A DNA stretch of 61,764 nt from a virus. Its lineage: Duplodnaviria > Caudoviricetes. The stretch covers positions 1 through 61,764 of the IMG/VR virus record IMGVR_UViG_3300027162_000003; one strand, written 5' to 3'. The notes under the pieces were generated by a model. It was given only the letters and a program-made list of their open reading frames with translations. It was not told where the DNA came from and made no database searches. Position numbers and translations under genes: made by a program. Of the stretch, positions 39,161 through 48,254 are shown piece after piece; within the stretch, counting starts at the first letter, position 1; every line of letters begins with the position of its first letter.

Positions 39161-40171
39161 ATGAACTTTACCCATGAGATTCTGCAACAAATGGGATATA
39201 AGGCCAACGCAGACGGATCATATTCCAGAACTGAGACATTTTCTCCACGGCAATTTTGGAGCGAATTGGAAATTAAAACTTTAACTGATTATTATTTAAA
39301 CACTCCAGAGAATTTATTTAATATATCTGATTTATCAAAGAAGCTAAATAGAACCGAAGCATCAATACATTGCAAGGCAAATGATCTAAAGTTAACCATG
39401 CCAAGAGGAGTAAGAAAAAGATCGGATGATTGCAAAAAAGAAATGTCAGAAATAAGGAAAGGCATATATGTAGATCATCTTAAAAAAGCAAACGAAGATA
39501 GAAAAGGGAAGCCGGGAACGAATAAAGGCAAGAAAATTTGGTCTTCAGAACAAAAGCAAGATATATCAGATAGATCAAAAGAATATCTTAAAAAACATCC
39601 TCACCCAAAAGGATTTTTAGGCAAAAAACACACAGAAAAGTCAAGAAAAGCAATGTCAATTGCTGGAAAGGGAAGGGAGAAGTCGCCAGAATCCACACTT
39701 AAAATGATTCAAACAAAAGTTTTAAAATATGGAAGTTTAGCTCCTAATGTAAAAAGAGGATCATGGAAGGCACAATGGTATGAAGTTGGAAGCAAAAGAT
39801 TCTATGCAAGATCATCTTGGGAGATAAATCATGCAAACTGGCTTGAATCATTAAAGAAAAACAAATCAATAATTGATTGGGAACATGAACCTGAAACATT
39901 TTGGTTTACTGGAATTAAACGAGGCGCAATGTCTTATTTGCCAGATTTTAAGATAACACTTAATGATAATTCCGTTGAGTTTCATGAAATCAAAGGGTGG
40001 ATGGATTCAAGAAGCAGAACTAAAATAAAAAGATTTAGGAAGCAATTTAAAGATTATACTTTAAAGATTTTCGGGAAATCAAAAGACGAATTAATACAAT
40101 TCAAAATACCCGGATGTTACATGATAAATGAATACTACAAATTAAATGAATTAGAAATCAAGGAGTTGTAA
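39161..40171 (+). CDS. NUMOD3-type DNA-binding plus PD-(D/E)XK endonuclease (homing-endonuclease-like)
   Basis: GKKHTEKSRKAMS; RSSWE..A.WL; YLPDF..HEIKG; AT-rich; start MNFTHE. Confidence 0.75.
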   Translation: MNFTHEILQQMGYKANADGSYSRTETFSPRQFWSELEIKTLTDYYLNTPENLFNISDLSKKLNRTEASIHCKANDLKLTMPRGVRKRSDDCKKEMSEIRKGIYVDHLKKANEDRKGKPGTNKGKKIWSSEQKQDISDRSKEYLKKHPHPKGFLGKKHTEKSRKAMSIAGKGREKSPESTLKMIQTKVLKYGSLAPNVKRGSWKAQWYEVGSKRFYARSSWEINHANWLESLKKNKSIIDWEHEPETFWFTGIKRGAMSYLPDFKITLNDNSVEFHEIKGWMDSRSRTKIKRFRKQFKDYTLKIFGKSKDELIQFKIPGCYMINEYYKLNELEIKEL

Positions 40172-40179
40172 AAAATAAT

Positions 40180-40224
40180 ACCTATTATCAGGGAAAAATC
40201 ACAAAATTCCCTGTTAGTAGGTTT
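40180..40224. terminator. Hairpin at the convergence of the two transcription arms
   Basis: ACCTATTA.CAGGGAA...TTCCCTG.TAGTAGGT followed by T residues. Confidence 0.55.
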
Positions 40225-40397
40225 TCAAGATAATAAATACATCAATAGAAAAGAGTAGCAGGAACGGGTATGCATTCCCTTTTCAGATGTGGGCTTTCGG
40301 GAGTCTAGGACTTGTAGTAAGCCGCCCATCCCACCAGTTGAAGTGTGCTTCCACGAGAGGCCCAACTGGTCGTATAGTCCACCTGCCTGCTAAAATC

Positions 40398-40556
40398 TCA
40401 ATACTTGATTCGCTCTTTTTTGCGATCAGTATTTTTCTTTTTCTTACGATGCTCTGACCAATCAATCTCATCGTAGTTGTCTTGCCAATTACGCTCCCAA
40501 GTCTTGGTGCGAGGCTTATCGCCTTTTCCGTTACGACTCCACTCGTTGTCCTTCAT
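40398..40556 (-). CDS. Small conserved phage peptide (52 aa)
   Basis: Manual translation containing GKGDKPR..NYDEIDW. Confidence 0.6.
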   Translation of the reverse strand: MKDNEWSRNGKGDKPRTKTWERNWQDNYDEIDWSEHRKKKKNTDRKKERIKY

Positions 40557-40782
40557 TTTCTTTTCCTTGTTCAATAGATTCGGTTTTTTCTTTAATAAGA
40601 ACTTTCTCCATTAAAGAGCAGGCAACCATCAGTTCAAAGTTAAAACGCTTTGCTCGGTTGATGATGTCAGCAAAGACATCATGAGCAGATACAGTAGTGA
40701 TGTCGATCTGCTTCAGCACATGGTCAATAGCCTTAGCATGGTCTTCACTGATTTGTTCTGGTTGTGTATTTTCTTGGCTCAT
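40531..40782 (-). CDS. Hypothetical protein
   Basis: A-rich start context. Confidence 0.55.
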   Translation of the reverse strand: MSQENTQPEQISEDHAKAIDHVLKQIDITTVSAHDVFADIINRAKRFNFELMVACSLMEKVLIKEKTESIEQGKENEGQRVES

Positions 40783-40920
40783 ATTATTTTTTCTTTTTAT
40801 TTATTTTTGATTTCTTAGGTTTCATAATGGAAACGCTAATATTTGTTTTCTTCGGCTTGCTGTCTGCTGTTGTTTTTATTATTGGAGTCTCAAATTTAAG
40901 ACTCGCAGATGTTTGTTTTT

Positions 40921-41172
40921 TCATTGCTTCTCTCGTTGTTCAATCATGGCATTTGCCATTTCAAAAGCAAATTCTGCCACATCTTTAACGGGAACTTCCT
41001 CTCCGAACTCCTCTGAATTAGCAAGGATTCCATTCATGGCTTGTGCGGCAAAATAATCCCTCATGCTCATTCCAGTATTCGGACGCACCTTTGGATTTGC
41101 CGCATCGCCGGGATATGCTTGCACAGGAAATGCAGGGTGACTACCATTCAATGTATTTAATTTATTAACCAT
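40921..41172 (-). CDS. Conserved phage hypothetical protein
   Basis: PAFP...GMSMRDYFAAQAM signature. Confidence 0.75.
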   Translation of the reverse strand: MVNKLNTLNGSHPAFPVQAYPGDAANPKVRPNTGMSMRDYFAAQAMNGILANSEEFGEEVPVKDVAEFAFEMANAMIEQREKQ

Positions 41173-41174
41173 AT

Positions 41175-41369
41175 TTATATTCTGCCCCACCTAGATTTAT
41201 AGTAAAGTTCGTTAAGCCTAACTCGTTCTGCTGTCATTGTCCAGAATTTATCGCAAGCCATATTAACTAACCTGCAAGTCTCATAAAACCATGGATCATA
41301 TTCGTTGTTATCAACGCCAGATTTCCTATGGTCATGCGCCGAATCTCTTATATAAGTCTTTTTGTCCAT
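41175..41369 (-). CDS. Hypothetical protein
   Basis: Co-oriented, overlaps the upstream stop. Confidence 0.5.
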   Translation of the reverse strand: MDKKTYIRDSAHDHRKSGVDNNEYDPWFYETCRLVNMACDKFWTMTAERVRLNELYYKSRWGRI

Positions 41370-41950
41370 AAATTCTCTGCTTCAGAAAGCGACAATACTG
41401 GCCTTCCGTTTCGCATATTGACATCATTGTGAAGACCAATTCCCCATTTCCACAGGTCTGAAAAATCTGGAGGAAAATGCTTGCAATAGTCTTCAAAATG
41501 TTGTTGGCACGGACAACCATTCCACGGGATAGAATCAGCCCAGTTATTAAACCAACTCTCGATGAATGCGCGATCCTCGCAGTTCCTATTGCGAAGCGAA
41601 AACAAATGTAGTTCTGCCCAGTATCTAGGCCCATCGCGGAGTATCACAGATTGAATTAGCGCACGGCTGCGCTCCGATTCATCCAATGCTCGTTGAACCC
41701 AGTCGCAATGCTCATCCCAGTTCAGTCCGATATGCTCACAGACCATCTTCTCAACATCATCAGCAATCGAATAACCACTAATCGACTTTGAGCGGACGAA
41801 TGTTTCGACCAGTTTACCAAGTGCTACGAGGAACGAATGATCTTCCCTAGCACCATAATCAACCACAGGGATAATCAGATGATCACCGATAATCTCGGAA
41901 TCACTAAATGGCATTAGTGATGGATCAACTGACTTCGCCTCAAACTTCAT
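41348..41950 (-). CDS. Erv1/Alr-family FAD sulfhydryl oxidase domain fused to an unknown N-terminal domain
   Basis: GPRYWAELH ... IPWNGCPCQQHF ... PPD..DLWKW..LHNDVNMRNGRP..SLSEAENLW matches the Erv consensus G..W..LH / PC..C..HF / W...HN.VN..L.KP. Confidence 0.8.
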   Translation of the reverse strand: MKFEAKSVDPSLMPFSDSEIIGDHLIIPVVDYGAREDHSFLVALGKLVETFVRSKSISGYSIADDVEKMVCEHIGLNWDEHCDWVQRALDESERSRALIQSVILRDGPRYWAELHLFSLRNRNCEDRAFIESWFNNWADSIPWNGCPCQQHFEDYCKHFPPDFSDLWKWGIGLHNDVNMRNGRPVLSLSEAENLWTKRLI

Positions 41951-42071
41951 TTATTTATTTATCTTTTTTGGGATTATTTATCCCACCAGAATGCCGATGC
42001 CATCGCATATCCACCTCCGACGAAAGTAGCAATAGCAAGAACAAGAGAAACCAGAGAATCATGTGACATGG

Positions 42072-42233
42072 CTATTTATCCATCTTACGAGTCATAGCAG
42101 CCTTCTTAGCGCGAGCTTTGCGCTGAACACTATAGGCGATTGCTACGGCTTGCTTTACTGGCTTACCAGATTTAACTTCCGCAGAGACATTACGATCAAA
42201 ACAATTTTGTGAGGCACATTTACGGATTGGCAT
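42072..42233 (-). CDS. Small basic phage protein (53 aa)
   Basis: Manual translation MPIRKCASQNCFDRNVSAEVKSGKPVKQAVAIAYS..., KQAVAIA family. Confidence 0.7.
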   Translation of the reverse strand: MPIRKCASQNCFDRNVSAEVKSGKPVKQAVAIAYSVQRKARAKKAAMTRKMDK

Positions 42234-42275
42234 AGTTTTTATGTTGTATGTTAATTTTACTTTGAATGCAATGAA

Positions 42276-45269
42276 TTATTCTTCCTCAAAAGAAATTTCA
42301 GCTTCTGGAGTTTCGCCTTCTGGTTGCTCTGTTTTCAATCCAAAGTCAGACGCCTTTAGATTCTTAATTCCATAAGTAGCAAACATTCTTTGAATAGCAG
42401 GGAAGTTTTCTTCATTAACCTTCAGAAGCAATTTACGAGCAAGCTCTGGATCAGTCATTGAATCAATCATCATATTCTTGAACAGATCAATGACTTCCTT
42501 ATTATATTGACGCTGAACTTTCTTAACAAGGTCAGTAGATTTCCAAGCTACATAACCCTTAATGCCTGCAAGGCCAATTCCAGCAAGCTCAAGAACAGTG
42601 TCTTTTATGTCTTGTGCTTTGTCTTCTGGAGACTCAAATCCGGCAACCTTTAGCTTTGAACGACGAGACATCATGTCAAGTTGCTGACGAATAGTATCCA
42701 TTGCCTCAAGCTCTGGAGAATTTTTTCCAAAGACCATCTCAAGAGAATTTCTTGTTGCAGAACCTTTCTGCATCAAATCATTCATCTTTTTAAGATCAAC
42801 TTGGAAGTCAGCAATATTTGCCTCATGTGAAGCAATTCCCTTGCCTACGCTCTCTTTTGATGTTGTCCTTGCTTGGCTATTAAGCCATCCCCTAAATGCG
42901 TTTTTAAGACCTTCTGTAGCCTTTCCAGTGGTGTCTTGAGCGGCCTGTTCTAACAGGTTCTGAACCTGTTGCTCAGCGTTCACCTTGTTAGACATTACTT
43001 TATTAACAACCTCGTATGGATTTCCTCCAATAAACCTTGCGGCTGGATTAGAGTTTGGATTAGTCGCAAGTTTTATTTCGTCATCAAGTTTTCTGACTTG
43101 TTCTTGATATTGTTTTTCAATTTGTTTTGATAGAGCTTCAGCTTGCTTTTCAACAATAGAAGCTTTTTGTCCTTCTAAAATTCTTTGTTTCTTGAAATCA
43201 TTAACTGCTTTATTGGCATTAGAAACTTGATCCTCAAGGGTTGCAAATTTCTCTTGAATTTCAGATATTCTTTTTCTAGATTCAGGGAAAATCTCAAGGA
43301 TTCGATTTCCCTTGGTTTGCAGCCAATTTTCAATAGATTTAGATGTCTTAGCTCCCTTTACTTCACCAGACATCTTACTTAACACCCAGTCAGAAACATC
43401 TCGAATGGCCGTTGCTCTATCAGCTTCAGCGGCTACAAGTTGATCTGGAGTTAGATTAGGAATATCCTTTTTACCAATAATGGCATCGCGCAATCTTTGT
43501 ATTTCTTCAGGAGAAGCAGAGGCTTCGCTTCTTCCAATAAATTTATCTATAGTTTCAGAAGCAAGCGACTTCGGGCCAAAAGCATCTCTAGATGCTCCCT
43601 CCTTGTATCTTTGAGCATACTCATAATAAGCTCTATTTGCTTTTTTTAAGTTATCACTAACTCCTTCAAGCGATTCAATATCTTTATTAAGTGACTCTTT
43701 GAATTTAATCAATGCAGGAACTTCTGCCTGCCTAGCAGAGCTTGACTGAGCTGCGCGAATTTCAGAATTGATAGCACGAATATCTGCACGGAGCTGATTG
43801 AGCGTCCGCAATTTCATGTTTCCTTTTACATCTTGAACTTCGCCAAGAATTTTTTGAACTTCAGTTGGGATTCGTCGTTCCTCGCCAAATTCTTTTACCA
43901 ATCCAGCTTTAGCCTCTGCTGTATTTTTTTGATAGAATTTAGGAACTTCTTTTTCAGCAGCATCATAAAGATCATTGATATAAATTTTCTCACGATCCTT
44001 CTGACGCTTTATTACTTCAAATGCGCTTTTACTCAAATCATCTTTTGCGGTTGATTCTTTAAGCCTTGAAAGATCAGTAAAAAGATTTTCATATTCATCT
44101 TTTACCTTCTGAAAAGCATCTTCAGCATTCAAAACGCCCTTGTCTGCCTCGGCTCTGATTGCTGCTGCTTTTATCCCAGCATCTTCAATCAATTTAGCTG
44201 CCTCTGCGTCACCTTGAGATAATGCAGCCTGCTTATTCTTCTCTGATTCAGAAACGATATTATCAATTACTGATTTTAAATACTGCTGAGTTTCTTCAGG
44301 GGAAGCTCCAACTGGAGCAAGTCCTTCGCCTAGTTTACGAGACATTCCAGCGATGTTTTCGAGCTTCCTACTAGAAAGAACATTGGATTCACGCTCAAGC
44401 ATATCTTGCATAGCAAGAAGTCCCGGATCGCCAGTAATGTCACCAGTCATCATTTTAACCTGAGCATCACTTACCTCTTGCGAGCGAGCTAAATCATCAA
44501 GTGCTTGCTTCTTATCAAATACCATTCGTTGATATGCAGCCGCACCCAATTCTTCTGCTTGTGCAGCTTTTTGTGCGGCAGTCTTTGGAAGCAGTGTTAA
44601 TGCACCTCTACCAAGTCCAGCCGCCACAGGAACAGCAATGCCAGTGGCAAGCCCTCCGCCAAGTTGAGCCAATGGGCCTGCTCCCTCTTGTCCCATCTTT
44701 TCCATGACACCACCAGCGGCAGCACCAGCGGCAGCTTGCACGACAGGACGCTCTCCCATTAATTTAGTAAATTTACGAGTCGCTTCAGCGGAAATTCTTT
44801 CGCTAACAGGAAGGATTGTTTCGGGCTGAATTGCTTTACTAATTGTTCCAAGTGCTTTTGCACCACCGCCCATTTGAGATGTGCCAGCAGAAACAGCCTC
44901 AATAATCTTTTCTCCAGAAGATTCGGGTTCAGGAACTCCAATTTTATCCAAAAGGTGAGTTACGGCATCTTTAGTATTTGAATACTTTGTTCCAAAGTTT
45001 GAATTAACTAAATCAATAGTAAGGTCTGCAAGTTGACCTGCAACAACGCCACCAGCAGCACCAACAGCCATTCCGGGAGGGCCAAACGGAATCCCAAGCA
45101 ATGCTCCCGCTCCAGCTTGAGCAAGAGTTGGGGAAACGCCACGAACTACAGCCCCAGCGGCTCCCTTTGCCGTCATTGAAGGTTCTTCTTCAGGAGAAAC
45201 CTCGTCCTCTGGAATAAATTCATTGTTATTTTTTTTATCCTCTTCTTCTGGAATAAAATCAGGTTCCAT
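42276..45269 (-). CDS. Large internal virion (DNA ejection) protein
   Basis: 997 aa, helical, Gly/Ala-rich membrane-like segments, last gene of the ejection cluster. Confidence 0.65.
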   Translation of the reverse strand: MEPDFIPEEEDKKNNNEFIPEDEVSPEEEPSMTAKGAAGAVVRGVSPTLAQAGAGALLGIPFGPPGMAVGAAGGVVAGQLADLTIDLVNSNFGTKYSNTKDAVTHLLDKIGVPEPESSGEKIIEAVSAGTSQMGGGAKALGTISKAIQPETILPVSERISAEATRKFTKLMGERPVVQAAAGAAAGGVMEKMGQEGAGPLAQLGGGLATGIAVPVAAGLGRGALTLLPKTAAQKAAQAEELGAAAYQRMVFDKKQALDDLARSQEVSDAQVKMMTGDITGDPGLLAMQDMLERESNVLSSRKLENIAGMSRKLGEGLAPVGASPEETQQYLKSVIDNIVSESEKNKQAALSQGDAEAAKLIEDAGIKAAAIRAEADKGVLNAEDAFQKVKDEYENLFTDLSRLKESTAKDDLSKSAFEVIKRQKDREKIYINDLYDAAEKEVPKFYQKNTAEAKAGLVKEFGEERRIPTEVQKILGEVQDVKGNMKLRTLNQLRADIRAINSEIRAAQSSSARQAEVPALIKFKESLNKDIESLEGVSDNLKKANRAYYEYAQRYKEGASRDAFGPKSLASETIDKFIGRSEASASPEEIQRLRDAIIGKKDIPNLTPDQLVAAEADRATAIRDVSDWVLSKMSGEVKGAKTSKSIENWLQTKGNRILEIFPESRKRISEIQEKFATLEDQVSNANKAVNDFKKQRILEGQKASIVEKQAEALSKQIEKQYQEQVRKLDDEIKLATNPNSNPAARFIGGNPYEVVNKVMSNKVNAEQQVQNLLEQAAQDTTGKATEGLKNAFRGWLNSQARTTSKESVGKGIASHEANIADFQVDLKKMNDLMQKGSATRNSLEMVFGKNSPELEAMDTIRQQLDMMSRRSKLKVAGFESPEDKAQDIKDTVLELAGIGLAGIKGYVAWKSTDLVKKVQRQYNKEVIDLFKNMMIDSMTDPELARKLLLKVNEENFPAIQRMFATYGIKNLKASDFGLKTEQPEGETPEAEISFEEE

Positions 45270-45274
45270 ATAAT

Positions 45275-46966
45275 TTATTGTGTCAATGGGGCCAATGTAA
45301 ATCCTTCAGATAATTTTTTATCAACCTTTGATTTAGGAACTGTTCCAAAAACATCTTTCCCTTCTTTTTGATAAGGAGCTTTCATTCTTACCATTTCTTC
45401 AGAAGATTTTGTTTTTTTTGATTTTTTTTCCTCTTTAGGATATTCAATTGCAGGAGGAGTATATCCGGGATTATTAGCTTTTAATATTTCAACAGAATCA
45501 TTATAGATTTTAAGACGCTTTCGTTTAAGTTCTTCCAAAACTGGTAATATATCTTTTTTTTCTAATGAAGGATCAAGAGGGCCTTCAGTATTTGAAAACA
45601 TTTCATTTTCTTGATTAGAAACATTTCCAACAGCAGCACCTGTTGGAGATGCGCTTCTCATAGAATTTAAAGCATTAATAGTTACACCAGACTTGATTGT
45701 CTCAAACTTTTTTCTTACCTTATAAGCATCTGTATCAATTGGAATAGCCGCAACAGATGCGCTCAATCTTCCAACAGACCAAGGATTATTATTAATTGTT
45801 GAAATTATATCATCAATTTCTCTCAATGATGTAGCTGCTGTTTCAACATGGTCAGCAAGAACCTTGTTTTCGTCTTTTACTTTTTGCTGACGAATCTGCA
45901 TTTCTTGTTCAGCTTTTTTAGCTTCTCTCTCTTCTTTCTTTACTTCTCTTTCTTCTTTCTTTTTAGCTATATCTAATTTTTCTTCTTCTATTTTAGTTTT
46001 CTTTTCTTCACGACCACTCTCGACTACTTCTTTTTTAATAGCTTGTTCTTCAGCAAGTCTTTCTTTTCTAATACTTACTGGCGCAACAGTTTTAAATTCA
46101 TCCGATTTGCCCAAGTTAATAACTTGGTATTTATAATCTGGGTTTGTATTCTTTAATTGATTATTTAATTTGGATGCTAAATTTTGAGCTTCAGCATCAG
46201 TCTCAATATTCCCGTAGGTTGGAGGTTCTTCGTATTTAGTGTAATCAACTTCAGTAGAAATTTTCTCAAGAGGCTTTTCTTTGGTTGCAACAGCCTGTGC
46301 AGGGAATTTTGGTGCTGGCAAGTCTTCTAACACTGGAGCGGGTGCGGCAGTTGTTGAAACTGGGACAGCCTCCAATGCTGGTTTTTCTTGCGGAACTCTT
46401 GGAGAAGGCTTCCAACTAAATACTCCGGGTCTTTCTTCAGGAAAATCACCAGTTGGAGTTTCAAAATTAGCTTTCAGTTCTGGCTGTTGCTCTGGAAGCG
46501 GCTCTTCTACAGTTTCATAATCAGAAGGCTCCTTATCAACTTTAGTCTCTGGAACTCTGTCAGAAAATCCAGAATAAGCCTTCCTGAATCTAGCAAGATT
46601 AGCAGCAAATCCCGGCTTGCCACTATTTTCAGCGATCCACCTAGCCTCTTCTTTTGCGAAGAAGTCTGCGTTTTCAGATTTTTCCTTAACTCCATAGAGC
46701 ATAAGCTCGTGGGCAAACTTACGCTTCTCTTTCTCTTTCTCCTCTTCCTTCTCGTATTTAGCAGTAATCCCACCCAACGCACCTTTAGCGATACTAGAAA
46801 CAGCACTAGCGATGCCTTCAGCTACAAGCTCTGGTCGAGAAGACTGAATCTGGATAGCTTGAAGCGGCTGGAACTGCAATGCAGCACCGCGAGTCACATC
46901 GAGTGCTGGCAATGGTTGCAGACCACTAAGATTAGCGAATTGAGGAGAGAAGGAATAATCAGCCAT
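45275..46966 (-). CDS. Internal virion (ejection) protein
   Basis: Coiled-coil; ASPTGAAVGNVSNQE motif typical of ejection proteins. Confidence 0.65.
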   Translation of the reverse strand: MADYSFSPQFANLSGLQPLPALDVTRGAALQFQPLQAIQIQSSRPELVAEGIASAVSSIAKGALGGITAKYEKEEEKEKEKRKFAHELMLYGVKEKSENADFFAKEEARWIAENSGKPGFAANLARFRKAYSGFSDRVPETKVDKEPSDYETVEEPLPEQQPELKANFETPTGDFPEERPGVFSWKPSPRVPQEKPALEAVPVSTTAAPAPVLEDLPAPKFPAQAVATKEKPLEKISTEVDYTKYEEPPTYGNIETDAEAQNLASKLNNQLKNTNPDYKYQVINLGKSDEFKTVAPVSIRKERLAEEQAIKKEVVESGREEKKTKIEEEKLDIAKKKEEREVKKEEREAKKAEQEMQIRQQKVKDENKVLADHVETAATSLREIDDIISTINNNPWSVGRLSASVAAIPIDTDAYKVRKKFETIKSGVTINALNSMRSASPTGAAVGNVSNQENEMFSNTEGPLDPSLEKKDILPVLEELKRKRLKIYNDSVEILKANNPGYTPPAIEYPKEEKKSKKTKSSEEMVRMKAPYQKEGKDVFGTVPKSKVDKKLSEGFTLAPLTQ

Positions 46967-47460
46967 TAGGAACCTCCGAAGGTAAGATTAGAAGCAGAAG
47001 GAAGTTTGAACATATTAGCAGGTTGACCAGTTCCGCCAGCACCAAGGTTTGCGGCCATAGCAGCTCCGGGCATTGCGGTTGGGGCAGCAACTGCTCCAGC
47101 ACCACCAATACCCATAGCAGCGGCTTTCTGAGCTTGAGTAGCTTGTCCATCACCACCAGCGGTTGCGCTAGTTCCAATAGCTCCTTGAGCCTGTTGCGAG
47201 GCCGCAAGTGACGCTTGATCTGATGCCTTTTGTTGAGTTCCGTAAGCTCCGAGTTGTTGACGAGCGGCAGCTTCACCTTGTTGTGCAGTAGCAAGAGCAG
47301 ATTGCTGTTGTTGTTCCGCCATTGCTTTTTTCTTGGCTTCTTCAGCAGCGCGAGCTTGTTCGGCAGCTTGCTGTTGTTGCATCATCATCATCGCCATCAT
47401 TGGGTCTGGCCCAGATGGTTGACTAGAGCCTCCGCCGCTTGATTTTTTACTTCCACCCAT
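46966..47460 (-). CDS. Gln/Ala-rich virion protein (MGG start), paralog of 47462-47944
   Basis: Shared SGPDPMMA and AN.F.LP...LTFGG. Confidence 0.7.
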   Translation of the reverse strand: MGGSKKSSGGGSSQPSGPDPMMAMMMMQQQQAAEQARAAEEAKKKAMAEQQQQSALATAQQGEAAARQQLGAYGTQQKASDQASLAASQQAQGAIGTSATAGGDGQATQAQKAAAMGIGGAGAVAAPTAMPGAAMAANLGAGGTGQPANMFKLPSASNLTFGGS

Positions 47461-47461
47461 A

Positions 47462-47944
47462 TTATTGACCTCCGAATGTTAGACCAGTAGATTTAGGAAG
47501 GTTAAAAATATTAGCAGAACGAGTATCGGGAGTCATCGTGGAAGTATCACCCATTCCATAAAACGGCAGCTTGGTGGAAGGAATAGCTCCTGTGCCAGCA
47601 AGGTTTGCCATTTGTTCTTGGCGAGCTTTAGAGACATCAAAACCACCACCAATAGCAGATTCTCCAGCAGCGGTTGAGGCTTGTTGTTGCGCTTGTTGAG
47701 CAGCAATATCTTTAGCCTGTTGCATAGCTCCAGCCTGAGACAAGGTTTGCTGTGCTGCCATCTCCCCTTGACGAGAGGAGGCGATAGCAGATTGTTTTTG
47801 CGACTCAGCCAATGCTTGCTTTTGAGCTTCAGCAGCAGCCTTAGCTTGAGCTGCTTGCTGCTGTTGCATCATTGCAAGATATGCCATCATTGGGTCTGGC
47901 CCCGATTGTTTTTTTGGTTTTGATCCGCCTCCACCTCCGCCCAT
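47462..47944 (-). CDS. Gln/Ala-rich virion protein (MGG start)
   Basis: Paralog of 46966-47460. Confidence 0.7.
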   Translation of the reverse strand: MGGGGGGSKPKKQSGPDPMMAYLAMMQQQQAAQAKAAAEAQKQALAESQKQSAIASSRQGEMAAQQTLSQAGAMQQAKDIAAQQAQQQASTAAGESAIGGGFDVSKARQEQMANLAGTGAIPSTKLPFYGMGDTSTMTPDTRSANIFNLPKSTGLTFGGQ

Positions 47945-47957
47945 AGTATTAAGTAGG

Positions 47958-48254
47958 TTAAGTTTTAATGTTTAGTTTTTTTCTTGCTTCAAGGCACAAA
48001 TCGCCATTCGGCTTAAAATGCCTACAAGAATCAGGTCTGTCAAAGTAAATTGAGCATGATACGCAATTTCCCAAAATTCCTTTTAATGCCACACATCTGT
48101 TGTTTTCAGTTTTCATCAAAGGATAGTCTCCTCGTTGCATTTCTTTCGGTATCTTTTCTGCATCCGATCTGTCACGCTTAAAAAGCGGCCAAGACCATTT
48201 GTAAGAACAGCAAGCACCGCAAGAAATACAGTCTTCACTTGTTACTTCTTCCAT
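47958..48254 (-). CDS. YkgJ-like CxxCxxCC cysteine-cluster protein
   Basis: CISCGACC ... RCVAL ... CSIYFDRPDSCR. Confidence 0.85.
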   Translation of the reverse strand: MEEVTSEDCISCGACCSYKWSWPLFKRDRSDAEKIPKEMQRGDYPLMKTENNRCVALKGILGNCVSCSIYFDRPDSCRHFKPNGDLCLEARKKLNIKT

